Source: Octopus sinensis
Lineage: Eukaryota
Direction: 5' to 3'
Length of the DNA: 64,000 bases
Assembly (NCBI RefSeq): GCF_006345805.1
Contig: NC_042998.1
Span: forward strand, 59,148,001 to 59,212,000
Shown here one piece after another: positions 22,867 through 36,340 of this stretch (position 1 is the stretch's first letter; each line of letters starts with the position of its first letter). The translations under genes were made by a program, and so were the position numbers. The notes beneath the pieces are model-generated. The model was given only the letters and a program-made list of their open reading frames with translations, made no database searches and had not been told where the DNA came from.

Positions 22867-24276
22867 CTTTATTTCATGAAGTTGGCCATGAAGGCCGTAC
22901 ATAGAGGGGACAGCACAAGGTGGGGACAAAAATAAAACGAATGGGAAAGATTAATTGAATATAATGAAAAAGCGGAACGAAGCCGTTCGGTTCCACCTCC
23001 GAGCGACTTCATTGAAACTGTTAATACAACCCCTTTTACTAAAACATTAATTTAAACTAGTATTGATAATGCCCTTGTGACAACCTGTTTCCATTTGTTT
23101 GGAAAATGTCTATGTCAAGTTCCTTTAAAATGTAAGCATAATTTACCCTGTTAAGTATTTTGCTGGTGTCCAGTTTTGTAACCCACTAATCGAAATCAGT
23201 TTCTTTTTCGTAATTTATAAAATTTGAGAGGTAATCCGGGTCCGCCACTGCACAGTAAAAGTCCTCGGGCAACCCTCCTACCCTTGTTAAATCCAGTTCT
23301 ATTGTATTGTCCCATGTCTTGATCTCGTTGCAAAGTTCTCCTTTATCCCTGTTACATAACATAACAAATCTATCCAGGGACCGATGTGGGAAAATTTGGG
23401 GCTCCTGTGTGTTTGTGCTTGTATTTATATCAGGCGGGGTATGTGGAGGGTTGGTGTTTGTAGGGGTGGTTGGGGTAGAGTGGGTGTGGGTGGGAGCCGG
23501 GCGTATGTGGTTTGGGTGTCATCCTTTACCACGTGTATCCTCTTTCTCCTCTTCCTTCTCTTTTTTCCCGCCGTTTCCCAGCTGGTGTTGAACTCCTCTT
23601 CCTCGACGCTGGTACTGGTCTTTGTCTGTGGTGCCACTTCACTCTCCTAATCGTGCTTTTTCTCAACCTCCACGGGCAGTGGAGCACCAACCACTTTTTC
23701 ACTCTCTTGCTTTTCCTTAGCCTTCACAAGTGGTGGTCTATATTACGCTCTAATGTGACATGAAAGATCACATTTATAGCACCGTGGAATCCTCCCTTCC
23801 ACTCTGACCTTCAGCGTCACGTCTGCGACCTTGATTTACTCCACCATACTTTCAATATCTTCTGGGTTAATCTGTACCACCATGTCCAGACTCTGCCATT
23901 GCCAGTTTCTCTAGGATGTTCTGGTGGCCTGTAGAACCACCACATTTTCTTCCATTCCTAGCAGTATGGTAGCCACCAGCCAGGCTACATTCACTTCTGG
24001 TGGTACGTCGTCTACCGTACCCTGGAAGCACGTCTCCCAAAGTATACGGGTAAAATCACCACTTCCTCGATTTATAATGGTGTGATTGAGTGCAGTCTGG
24101 CGGTAGCTATCTCCCAAAACTGCACTTCCACCGTTCCGTACTGTCTTCCTCTGGTAAGGTAGGATATCTCTTACCAGACTGGCCTCAACGCCTTTTCCGC
24201 CTGTGCCTCTGACACCACTTCTATTTTTCTTGTTGCCACCGTGTATGTCCTGTAAACAATCGTTCTCTCTTCCTTA
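22862..24276 (-). mobile_element. ORF1-only (HAL1-like) L1/Tx1-type retroelement, 5'-truncated and decayed
   Basis: Minus strand reads KEERTIVYRTYTVATRKIEVVSE...RRASRVRVDDVPPEVNVAWLVA...TLKVRVEGRIPRCYKCDLSCHIRA (CCHC-knuckle-like), then a low-complexity C-terminus and a short 3' end finishing catgaaataaagaag. No endonuclease or RT region. Confidence 0.6.
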
Positions 24277-24350
24277 ATATATATATATATATTAATAAAA
24301 GGACACAATGAAGTGTCCAACCGCAAGAAATAAGAGTTAAAACTCCCATT

Positions 24351-24390
<40 letters not shown>

Positions 24391-24398
<8 letters not shown>

Positions 24399-24610
24399 CT
24401 TTGTGCCTGTGTTTCTTTTCCCCTCCCACCATCTCTAGACAACCGAAGTTGGTGCGTTTATGTTTCCGTAACTTTGCGGTTCGACTTAGATACCGATAGA
24501 ATAAGTACAAGGCTTACAAAAAATAAGTCCTGAAGTCGATTTCTTTGACTAAAACCATTTAAGGCGGCGCTTCAGCATGGCTACAGTTAAATGACTGAAT
24601 CATGTAAAAA
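24391..24610 (+). mobile_element. CORE-SINE 3' half
   Basis: gataccgatagaataagtacaaggcttacaaa...aaggcggcgcttcagcatggctacagttaaatgactgaa. Confidence 0.8.
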
Positions 24611-25006
24611 AATAATTAATAAAAGAGAAAAATATAGAGATGTATATGTATGTATGTGTGTGTATGTGAGTGTGCATGCGTGTGTGTGTGAGTCTATTTG
24701 CATAAATATGTATATATGTATGAATGAATGTAAATATACGTTGCTCTTGTATGAGCATGGGTGTAATTGTGTGTACGGATCTGTATGTTTTGACAACTAT
24801 ATGCAGTCATACATATATTTACACGTATGCACTTGTTGCATGATAACCTTCTGAAATATGTATAATGTAAGTTCACACTGCTTACCATGGCTTGTAGCTT
24901 TAGTTTGCTAATTAGCCGTGCTCTTTCTGGTTTTGTGAAGCCCAGCTTCTCAAAATCGGTTCATATGTATGAAAAGTACAATACAAAAACAAGCAAGAAC
25001 ACGCAT

Positions 25007-25061
<55 letters not shown>

Positions 25062-25814
25062 TATGTGCAAGTGTGCATGCATGAATGCATATATGCACAC
25101 ACACACACATATACGCATTCGTATATATTGACACATATATTTAGCTATGTGCGTGAATATGTATGTATGAATGTATGCTTGCATGTAGTATGTATGTGTG
25201 TATGTATGTATGTATATTTCTTTTGCCTTTATTTTTGGGATTTCTTTTTAATGAAAAAAAAACTATAAACTGCTTATATTGAAATTTAGACAAAAAACTG
25301 AGTAAACCTTTGTATATATGTATGCAGACATGTACGCATTTATGAAAGTATGCTTATATATATATATTTATATATATATATATAATGCGTATAAAGCTAT
25401 ATACACACATACATGCATAAATACATACATATATACAATGCATATAAAGCTATATACACATATACATACATACATGTATGCATGTATACAACTTTGCATG
25501 TGCATATACATGTGTACATATACATAGGGGCGCAGGTGTGGATGGCATTGCATATGCGGATTTCATTTCATGATGAATATCATGAATGCTTTACATATTT
25601 AGACATTTTCTTTGACAGCTTCTAGCTACAACCTTTTGATTACGCGTGTTCTTTTTTATTATATGAATCTCAACTTGCCAAGATTGTCACGAATACAATC
25701 ATATATCCAGTTGCTCAAATAATGATTAGTAGAAACATAGTTATAGACTGGATGCAAACCTTCAAAATTTCTCATCATCGCGGCTTAAAATTTTTCTTTT
25801 TTACTAACACTTAA

Positions 25815-26015
25815 TATTCTTTTCTTCTCTAGGATCAATGCCTGACATTTTTGGGGAGAGTGCCAGTCGATTAGATCGACCGCAGTACGCAGCTGGTACT
25901 TAATTTAACGACCGCGAAATGATGAAACGTAAAGGCGACCTCGGCGGAATTTGAACTTCGAACGTAAAGACAGACGAAATACCGTTAAGCATTTCCCCCG
26001 GCATGCTAACGTTTC
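25815..26015 (-). mobile_element. tRNA-SINE, tail-A subfamily, 5' tip missing
   Basis: Shared central block, with tail ccaaaaatgtcaggcattgatcctagagaagaaaagaata on the minus strand. Confidence 0.8.
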
Positions 26016-26249
26016 ATATTTCTTTATTGCCCACAAGGGCTAAACATAGAGGGGACAAACAAGGATAGACAAACGGATTAAGTCGATTACATCGACCCCA
26101 GTGCGTAACTGGTACTTAATTTATTGACCCTGAAAAGATGAAAGGCAATGTCGACCTCGGCGGAATTTGAACTCGGACGGTAAAGACAGACGAACTACCG
26201 CTAAGCATTTCGCCCGGCGTACTAACGTTTCTGCCAGCTCGCCGCCTTA
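26016..26249 (-). mobile_element. tRNA-SINE, tail-B subfamily, full length
   Basis: taaggcggcgagctggcagaaacgttag head, gttcaaattccgccgagg B-box region, and tail ccttgtttgtcccctctatgtttagcccttgtgggcaataaagaaata. Confidence 0.88.
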
Positions 26250-27104
26250 CTAATACTTTTATGCTGGATAACTGAGTTATCAGCTATATTGCATAATTTC
26301 TTTTCCCTGTTCCAGACCGTTATATCTGGTCTGTTGTGCTTGCATTCTACTGATGTCTTGTCATGGGCTTTCAATCAGCATTATTTCGAATTATGTGTAG
26401 TTTAGTTCCTCCTCCACATCATCTTCTCAAGGTATCTTCAGAATATTCGTTTCGTCTGGATAACACTTTCTACGAATTTCCTTATGTAATATTATAGGCA
26501 TGACATCATATTTCATAGGTAGGTAATATTGCGAAGGTATTTTCGGGTAGGTGTTTATGATGTAGGTGTCATCTTCAATGCTTTTTTTACTGAGCCCCTA
26601 TCAGTTGTCGCATCTATCCCGTTTGCGCATTTGGTGTTTTTCTGGTTATATCCTGTTCTTATGTTGCAAAAGCATAATCTTTAAAGTGAGAACTAACAAC
26701 CCGCTTCCCAACCCGTTTCGCAGCCCAGGTTAAACTGTACTGATTACACTGGACAACAAAGATTTTACTACTGGGGTAAAAGCATGTGTTTGAGACTAAA
26801 TCGAGGATGCTGATTCTGAATCTGCACGTCAAGATTATGAGTTATGCGCATTTGCAAGATTATAACTATACTTTTGGCTAGATATAGGCTGTATTATAAA
26901 ATTTGCTAAAATGAAAGCGGTCCTGATTCAAAATTAAAGAAATCACAGCAATGAAAGAATCGATGAGAAAGTTCATTATTTAGTTCAGAAATAGATGGCG
27001 CCGACGTGTTGTGTTCAAGCACCCAGTACGTCAATTTGCTCTTGCTAACTCTCAGTGTCGTTTGCATTGTTGTCACGTGTGGTATGAGTATCTCTTGCTC
27101 TGCG

Positions 27105-28586
27105 TGATTACTGTTGATACGGTGTATACTTTCAGTGTTGATATCAGAATGGAATTCGGACAGAGAATGTGTAGGAGTGTTAGTCTTGAAGAGAGGCAAA
27201 ATCAAAAGTATGAACGGGCTAAAGTTACCTTCGGGGGAGGTTTTGAAGCAGATAGAAGAGACGGGTTATAAGTACTTGGGGATTTTGGAAATCGACAAAT
27301 TGATGGAGAAAGAAGTGACAGAAGAATTTAAGGTGGAGTACTTGCGCAGACTGAGACTGATCCTTAAGTCGAAATAAAATCGACGGAATAAGATTGAATC
27401 TATCAACACCTGAGCAGTTTCACTACTTACATATGGAACAGGGATAATCACATAGACAGTAACCGCACTAAACAGCTTTGTCAGAAAGACAAGGAAGTTG
27501 CTAACTAGATATGGGACGCTCCACCCAAAAAGTGACTCAGACAAACTATATGTACCAAGAAAAAGAGGGGGAAGAAGATTTATTGGATGCGAACACAGCA
27601 TCAGAGCAGAAGAAAACAACATATGTAAAAAAAAATGCATCAGGACCGCTATTATTAGAAGTAAGAAGGTCAGGCTTGTGTAGGATGAAAGATTGCAAAG
27701 ATAAAGCACTGTACCAGCAATTGAAAACGATTGAAACTGAAAATAGATGGGTAAAGAAGAGAATGCATGGAAAATTTCATAGGGATGTTGAAGATAAGAC
27801 AGACAGAGAAAAAAGATGGCTGTGGTTGACTAAAGGTGATTTAAAACCGGAAACGCAGGCTCTAATCTGTGCTGCCCAAGAGCAAGCACTAAGAACAAAC
27901 TATATAAAATACAGAGTAGACCACACAGCAGAAAGTGATAAGTGCAGAATCTGTAGACAAAATGGTGAAACTGTATGGCATATTACCAGCTAATTTACGC
28001 CACTAGCTCATGAGGAATATAGGAGGCGCCACGACAATATAGCAAGGCTTGTTCAATGGACACTTTGCAACAAGTATGGAGTTGACAGAGAAAAAAATTG
28101 GTACATCTACAAACCCGAAGTCATTATCGAAAAGGATAATGCAAAGATCCTGTGGGGTTTTATGATTCAGTGCGACCGTGAGATAGAGAATAGGAAGCTG
28201 GACATATTGTTAATTGAGAAAGAAACCAAACTATGCTGGATCATAGATATAGCATGCCCACCTGACAAGGTATGCGATAAGGAAGAAAGAAAACACGATA
28301 GATACGACAGGTTAGCTTGGGAGATAAAGCAGTTGTGGTCGATGAAAAAGGTGGTAGCGGTACCAATAATTGTCGGAGCCCTGGGAATAGTGAATAAAAA
28401 TCTCGAGGATTACATGGACCAAATAGGGGCTGCAATAAGGGTGGGGCACCTAGAGAAAACAGCACTGCTTGGAACCGCTCGAATCCTCCGGAAGGTGCTC
28501 GAAAAATAAGAGGTGTTACCTTAGTTCACTAGTAGTGAACTGTTGACACCGTAGTACATCTCAAGCGTTAGAAGCTGTGCAAAGGC

Positions 28587-28641
<55 letters not shown>
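27105..28641 (+). mobile_element. R4/Dong non-LTR retrotransposon 3' half: RT end, CCHC, restriction-like endonuclease, 3' UTR, (TAA)n tail
   Basis: GYKYLGILE...LHPKSD..LYVPRKRGGR...WVKKRMHGKF...AAQEQALRT...CRICRQNGETVWHI...RRHDNIAR...LDILLIEK...IIDIACP...VPIIVGALG...TARILRKVLEK*, then (TAA)n. Multiple stops. Confidence 0.92.
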
Positions 28642-28644
28642 TTA

Positions 28645-28854
28645 ACTCTTCCTACCGGGGGGGGAGGCCTGAAATTTTGGCGAAGGGGGTTAGTTGATTA
28701 CATCGAACCCAGTGCTTGAGTGGTACTCATTTTCTCGAACCCAAATTTACAAAAGACAAAGTCGACCTCGGCAGAATTTGATCTTCGAATGTAAACACTT
28801 ACAAAATGCCGCTAAACTTTTCGTCCGGTGTGTTAACGCCGCTGCCAGCTCGTC

Positions 28855-28856
<2 letters not shown>
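28645..28856 (-). mobile_element. Decayed tail-A tRNA-SINE between two (TAA)n tracts
   Basis: ggcctgaaattttgg...aaagtcgacctcggcagaatttga...gctgccagctcg. Confidence 0.7.
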
Positions 28857-28910
<54 letters not shown>

Positions 28911-28924
28911 CAACAATAATAATA

Positions 28925-30265
28925 AGACTCCAGCCCCAAAAGATTCTACCAAGAACTTGGAAAAAATAAAATAGAGATCAATGCAGCACCAACAGCAGTG
29001 GGAGTGCAAGAATTTTGGAAAGAAATATCGTCAGCGAAGGAACAACTTCAGCAAAGATGTATCGAAACAACGAACACAGCATCTGAACAACTCTGGACCC
29101 CTTATAACAACTGAAGGGGTCACCCAGGCACTGCAAAATAAATCTAAGCAAGTGGAAGGCACCCGCACAGGGCAATATTCCCAACTTTTGGATAAAATAT
29201 CTAACAGGGATACATAACACGCTGCATGAGAAATTTAATAATATACTAGTAGAGCCAGAGACAATGCCTGAATGGCTTACGGAAGAGAAAATCATCTTAA
29301 ATCCCAAATCTACTGAAACGGCAAACCCATTAAACTACAAGTCTATAACAATTTACAAAGCCTTTACTGCAATAATGTCGCAGAGAATTGGCAAATAACT
29401 GGAAGAGAACAACCTGTTTCTAGAAGATTAGAAGGGATGCTTGAAGGGCTAATACGACTGTAAATATCAGCTACTGATCAATAAAGTCATAACTGAAGAC
29501 AATCACACAATGAAGAAGGGTCTAAGTATGGCCTGGGATGAATATAGAAAGATTTTTGATAATATTCCCTACCTATGGATCCTAGAAACAATCGCCATGA
29601 GCAAGGTAGCACCAAAAATCATAGAATATATGAAACATTCCATGAATAACTGGCAGAAAATGATACCATTCCAGGCAAAAGAGGGACTCATTAGAACCAA
29701 CGCTATACCCATTAGAAGAGGAATATTTCAGGGAGACACGTTCACTCCACTCCTTTTCTGCTTAGCACTGCCACCTTTATCTGATGTGCTAAACAGAATT
29801 GGATCTGGACGCAACTGTTACGGGAAAACAATGAACTGTCTCTTGTATATGGATGACCTAAAACCGGACGCTACAAATGATAAACAGCTAGAAACATTAC
29901 TACACACAAAGAAATAAACATGAAATTTGACTTAGAAAAATGTGCTAAAGTAACCTTGAAAAGAGAAAGACAAGTTAAGAGTAACATCACATTAGGTATA
30001 TGAAATGAAATAAGAGAATCAGATCAAAGCCAGACATAAATATTTAGGAATCTATGAACTAGATACGATAAAACACACAAATGAGAGAGAAGATAGCAAT
30101 GGGATACTATAGACGAGTTTAGATTAATACTGAAAACAGCTCAATTCGAAAAACAAGATAATGGGTGTCAGCACTCTAGCCGACCCAGTAATAAGTTACA
30201 GCTACAAAATAGACAGAGTAACAAGAAAAATAATTTCAGGATTTAGTATGCACCACCCAAAATCT
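28925..30265 (+). pseudogene. R4/Dong RT core, decayed
   Basis: PKRFYQELGK...QEFWKEI...QLLINK...LSMAWDEYRKIFDNIPY...IRRGIFQGDTFTPLLFCLAL...LLYMDDLK...KYLGI...MHHPKS. Follows a (TAA)n tract. Confidence 0.9.
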
Positions 30266-31760
30266 TGTACGTCTTTTTTCAACAAAATGTCTTTTAAATT
30301 CTGGAAGAGATCTACTCATGTAATTTATGCACCCCTAAAGTTTATTTTTATTTTTGCGGAAAAAAAATACTTAAATTACATGTTTTTTTACAGTATGTGT
30401 TTAGGAGTGCGAGAAAACGTTAAAGATTGGAAAACGACAGAAGAAAGATTATTAATTTGGATGTCAAATTTACTACTGGATTCTGAATATACCGAGTCAA
30501 ATGCCGAGGTGACACATAATTCTAGTCATCACTGAAATATACAATTACTATGAGATTTAGTTTTATATAGATGTTACTCTATACGAACATAAACACAAAC
30601 GTGTAACATGAAATTCTCAGATAACGAGTTAAAAGTTGTAGATCAGGAGGGAGAGGTAAAATTAAGAAGATACAAACAAGAATGTAAATAACAAAGCAAA
30701 AAAATTAATTTTCTTAGAAAATTAATTACTTCAACATTAAACCTTAGGAATGTAGAGTTAAATTTCAATCTCTAAAACGCAACGTTCCTGAGGAAGATGC
30801 GAATTCAATGGCAGTGACCACAGAGTCCGTAATTGGTGTAGTTGCGTTATATAAATGCAACACCTAACATCTAAACTGATTATATTCAATGGGTAATTAT
30901 CGGAGAAATGGAGCTTTAATAGGGAACAGAAATAAGCCTGTGAATCCAGTTCGCTAACAATATATCGCCCAATAACAGTATCATCACCGTTTCAGTCATT
31001 ATTCTAATTACTTTCGATTAAAGACACGATCCTAATCAAAAGAAATTAATTAAGGTCAAATTGACTTAATCACGTTCAGTATCAGGGCATAGAATGTTAC
31101 AGCTATCATTTGTGTATGTTATTCAAGTAAATAGATTGTTTGCACCGGCTTTTGTTAATGCAATTTTACTTTCGGCCCATTTTATGCATCTCTTTGTTTC
31201 TAATATTTCTTGGCTCTTTCTATTCTGCATATAATGTTATCTCGCACATTCTCTTCATATCGCTGCGTCCTTATTTGTTTTAACGTAAAGATTTCCGCCC
31301 TTTTTCCAACCCTTAATCAATCTCTCTGTCTTTCTCCTCCTTCTCCCCCTCTCCTGTATTTTTGTTTTCTCTCTCTCTCTCTCTTATCATCTCTAACCAA
31401 TACAGAGAGCTCAGTGCCCTAATGTAAAGCTACAATAATTTGATTTGATACACATGCAAGTATATATATAAAAATACATCAGAATGTTCGGAAAAGCAGC
31501 TGTTAATTCAAGGAATTAAATTTTTACCAATAGAAGCACCGTGTTTTGATTGCTAATTTAAATTTATCAGTAGAGAAATTACTTATATGCATACAGTTAT
31601 TAGAGGTGAAGAAGAAAGGTTATTTTTATAGCAAGTGCAGTTAACGTTCGGGGATCGATTCTAACAGACAAATAATCCATTTCTATACGCATACGACTCA
31701 TATTCTTTATATAATTTGTACACGGAGCACATGGATTTCAGTAGTAGGATATTAGGGCCT

Positions 31761-31830
<70 letters not shown>

Positions 31831-31859
31831 GCCTGTCTTTCTGTGGCTTGTGTGTGTGT

Positions 31860-32585
31860 GTTACTTAAAACAGTTTATTTCGGCCCTGTATAGTTTCGTA
31901 GACTTCTTAGCCCGTCGGGATCAGTCAGCCTGTTAACCACCATAAGACTACAGAAATACATAACTTTTATGTGTACATATGAATGAGTGCTTGATTGTCA
32001 GGAAGAACATGTATGCGTGCGTGCGTGTGTTTTTTTTATCTGGTGTATGCATGTACGTATATGTATAGTTTTGATGTTTGTGTGAAAGCTTGACTGGTGT
32101 ATACTAGTGTGGTTGCAACAGTGTTACTGGGGAGGGGTGGAATTTTGCGCTGGATTTGGGTGTGGTAGTTTTAGAAAGAGAGGAAAAGCATACGTACATA
32201 GATCATAGATGTATATGTGCGCAGACTTATGTATATGTAGGCGAACGAAGGCGATGACAGGGGATGCATAAAGTTAGGTGAGCTTTTGATCTGTGTAAGC
32301 ATCGGTGTTTAGGACCCCTTTCCTGTGATGTAGGGAAGACAGTGTTGAGTTTCAGCTATTGTTAAGTTGGTATATCTGCGCTGTCGGCGGCCAGTAGTTT
32401 GAAGTTCACCAAGAAGGCGTACTTTGTTAGCAGCGATAAGACAGTTTGTGTTTCCCACTGATAGATATTGCATGTTGTTGGAGAATATGCAGTCTTTCGG
32501 GGAGACAGATCGGACGCCGGGCGAGTAAGGTGGAGTCAGGTCAATGATGGTCCATTCGATGGAGAATCGAGTGGAGATATTTTGA
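31860..32585 (-). mobile_element. Decayed PLE C-terminus plus terminal region, Neptune-like
   Basis: FSIEWTIIDLTPPYSPGVR...RRQRRYTNL parallels the W.II...PY..G...C.LC C-terminus seen at 6791-6900. Confidence 0.5.
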
Positions 32586-33856
32586 AACACACACACACAC
32601 ACACACACACCTATACACACATACACACTACACACCCATCCACACATGTTTCAACAAGCAACACTTGTTGCTGTTATGTAACAGCAACTAGATCTTCAAT
32701 ACTCAAGAGTTGTGCTGAACTAATGTAATTTAGTACATAGCTAAAACACATTAGGAAAGTAACTATTTACGGTAGATACAGGCTGCTCCGACAGCTGATA
32801 CAATCTCATCAATGGAAGAATGAGTTGTAGTCATAAAACGATTTTAAATGTAACTGTATGCAATTGTATGTTATTGGCGGTGAAGTGTTAAATATATCGA
32901 TCGCTATCGTTGCTCGAGGATTGAATCTTACAGATAAAAACATTCAATTTGTTATGCTTGATATGTCGTATACTAAAGTGGTTTCACACTCACACATGTA
33001 CATGTACACATCTGCATTTGCATATTTTATACACAAGTATATCTGTATTACACATACATATACGTGCACATATATTAATCACTGCTTACAGTTTGCATTT
33101 CGTTTCAAAGCACGGTAAAAAGCACCCACAAATTAAATGATCGTCAGTCGTATGGCTTCTTCTTTATGGCGGAAATCAAAGCAACTTTCAGGGCTACTCG
33201 GAAGTTCTCATTCTTCGTTTGATCATGCGCGGGGGAGATTTGTTACTGTCAGAAATTTGTAAACATATACATGCTCCCTCACACAGTGTCAATGCTAACG
33301 TACGTGAGATATTCTATATCTATAAAACAGTTCTTGGACGAAAATCGTATGAACATTTTGCTTTGACGGTTAATGGCGGCCAAACCGAGGCTAGGATCGA
33401 GTTGAAAATTGGCAGGGATACTAAATGCGTGGTGAGGATGAGACCCGCGATGGTTAAAATTCGAAAGCTATAAAGATGTGGTTGCTATGGCAAAAAGAGT
33501 GAAAATTCATGGTCTTTAAACGGACTTTGACAAGTGTTTGTTGTTTCTCTCTTACGGTTATCACCCTTTCTCTTTCCCCTCTCCCTCCTCTTTATCTCTA
33601 TAACGGCTTTTGACAGCTTCTACTCACTCTCTTTCCCTCTCCGTATTTGCTGTCTCTCTGTCGCTCTTTCTCCCCCAGCCTCTCTCTCTCTCTCTCTCTC
33701 TCTGTACGTCTTTCTGTATCTATAGACAGAAAGCGTTGACAGCCGCAAGTATGATTAATGGAAAGGAATAAAATAGTAAATACTAATATTGTGTCGGAAA
33801 TATATTTCACTCTCTTGAAGTTTCAATATTCCCGCTACAGGGCTTTTACAACGGGG

Positions 33857-33929
33857 AATTATTATCGCCCACCACCACCGCACAATAATGATAACAGATA
33901 TTATTAATCAGATATTTATTATGTTAATT

Positions 33930-34027
<98 letters not shown>

Positions 34028-34031
34028 TTAT

Positions 34032-34062
<31 letters not shown>

Positions 34063-34137
34063 AAAATTAACATAATAAATAGCTGATTAATAATATCTGT
34101 TATCATTATTGTGCGGTGGTGGTGGGCGATAATAATT
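33857..34137. repeat. ~105 bp-arm inverted duplication centred on a (TA)n tract
   Basis: aattattatcgcccaccaccaccgcacaataatgataacagatattattaatcag(a/c)tatttattatgttaattt(AT)n(GT)n is mirrored at 34029-34137. Confidence 0.9.
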
Positions 34138-34268
34138 ATATAATATATATATATAATGTATGCATATATATATGTATAAAGGGTATATATCGATATTTGA
34201 ATAAATGTGTGTGTGTATATATATATAAGGTGTAAATATATATAATGTGTATACATATGTATACATAA

Positions 34269-34319
<51 letters not shown>

Positions 34320-34389
34320 ATGTATAGAATGTGTATATATGTGAATATATATTTAATGCGTATGTATATATATAATGTGTGCATATGTG

Positions 34390-34612
34390 TTCGGATTGAG
34401 CTGAAAATTTGCACACCTATGTTAAGAGTGGTGGCGAGTTTGCATAGCAATTTGGAGTTTGCTTATTTGAAACGCTAGGCCTCCAGAGCAACATTCTTCA
34501 TTTTTTAAAATGTGGCCCGCGTAGACCCGAATGCAACCGGGATATAATACCGAAACAAGTAAAACAATAATAAACTATTTTAATGCGGAGCAAGGCCGGG
34601 TTTGTCTTCTAG
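34390..34612 (+). mobile_element. Non-autonomous Helitron-like 3' end; related diverged copy at about 36570-36740
   Basis: Ends gcggagcaaggccgggtttgtcttCTAG followed by T. The block ttgagctgaaaat(t/a)tgca(c/g)acctatgttaa...aaaatgtggccc is shared by both copies. Confidence 0.5.
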
Positions 34613-35180
34613 TTCTTAATAATAAATAGGGATTTCTCACTAGAAAACTAATACAAGAAACTGTTCTGCATTCATATTCTCAAATTACACGTCTCTCCCT
34701 TACTATAATTCAGCTCCAAACACCACATGCCAATTATTTCCACATAAAATGTCAACTCATGAGATTTTCTAATCATGTATTTTACTCGTAGCTACCAATT
34801 TAAAACTATTCAAGAGCTACAGTAACGACTTCAGTTCCAAAGGTCTCGGAAGCCACGGAGAGCCAATCATTCAAATGCCACACGGAAAAATAATATTAAA
34901 AAAAGGCATAATATGCAGTTCTGGACTACTTTCAACGGTATTATTTTCTTTCCACTGTCACTTTTTTTCTTTTTTCTTATTCTTTTTATTTTGCATTTTG
35001 GATTAATTTTACTCTAATTTCCAGTCTGCCTCTCCAATGTTATTGCCGTGCGATAACAATCTTAACTTTTATCTTTAGAAATTCGATATTTTAAAGTAAA
35101 ATGTTATGATTTAAAATACGATTTAGTGTTTTTACCTCAAACTCTAAATTTAAGGAGAGAGAGAAAAAGAGCGTGTGTGT

Positions 35181-35227
<47 letters not shown>

Positions 35228-35547
35228 TGTGTGTGTGTGGAGATTCTTTTGTTTCTGTTTCTGATGATGTGAATATGCTGTGAAAGCCTACCCTTAAATA
35301 TTTTCTATGAGTTAAGTATTTGTCATCTTCACATAATACAAACTGCTGGTACGATGCACTTACCATTGATGGATATGGGGCTGGAATAGACAAGCTTTAT
35401 TATTGTTACTACAGTTGTAATTCGCTTGTGAGCTTGACTGGTACTAGACATCTTGGTACAGCCGATCTGGCGTCGCTGATTAAACGCTAATTTATTTAAC
35501 ATAAAATGGTTTTCTCGTTTAACAGTCTTCTCGTGTTCCCCCTCTCG

Positions 35548-35609
<62 letters not shown>

Positions 35610-36213
35610 ACAAGCCCACTACCGTTCTTTAATGTATCTGTCTTCCTCAACTCACTCTCGCTATTTCCTCTCTTCCTAGCACTTTATCACTCACTCTATT
35701 TCCTACATTCCCATTACATTCACTTCCTCAAACGGCCTTCTTTTATGTATCTGTCTGCATTCATAGACAGAATTACCATCGCCATCACCAACACACAATC
35801 ATAACAACAAATATTATGAATTCGCCATCGCATTCTATTGTCTGCCTGTCAACGCGCCGATCGAGCAAATACAAACAGAACACACCAACGAGCGTTCGTG
35901 TTCTGGTGATAACGTAGGTTTTTCGTATCTATTACATTTTAACATTTATTTAGAACCCTGCAAATTTTTTGTGCTAAATTTTCATTTTTTACTACTTTAT
36001 TATTTTTTCTTAAATTGATGCTTTTATTAAAATTAATTCTAATTGTCTGGGTCAACAGTTCGTTTCCTCGGAGGATATGGAAATTCCTATTACCCGTCAG
36101 AGAAATAACTCCAGCAGCTCACAACTATTTCAACAAAGACAAGGTTACCTGCCTACCTGTCGAATTCAGCGTCAACGCTCACGTATGAGAAACACTCCAA
36201 CACACACACACAC

Positions 36214-36259
<46 letters not shown>

Positions 36260-36340
36260 ATAAATATTAGGGAATATATCCAAATTTACAGGGAAAAAAA
36301 AATCAGATTTAGGATTAAATCCAATTTTATAGTAAAATAT

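Noticed and set aside
31870-31935. Possible hammerhead in the 32 kb PLE terminal region (ctaagaagtctacgaaactata, -)
   Set aside because: Core and stems are too degraded to support a call.
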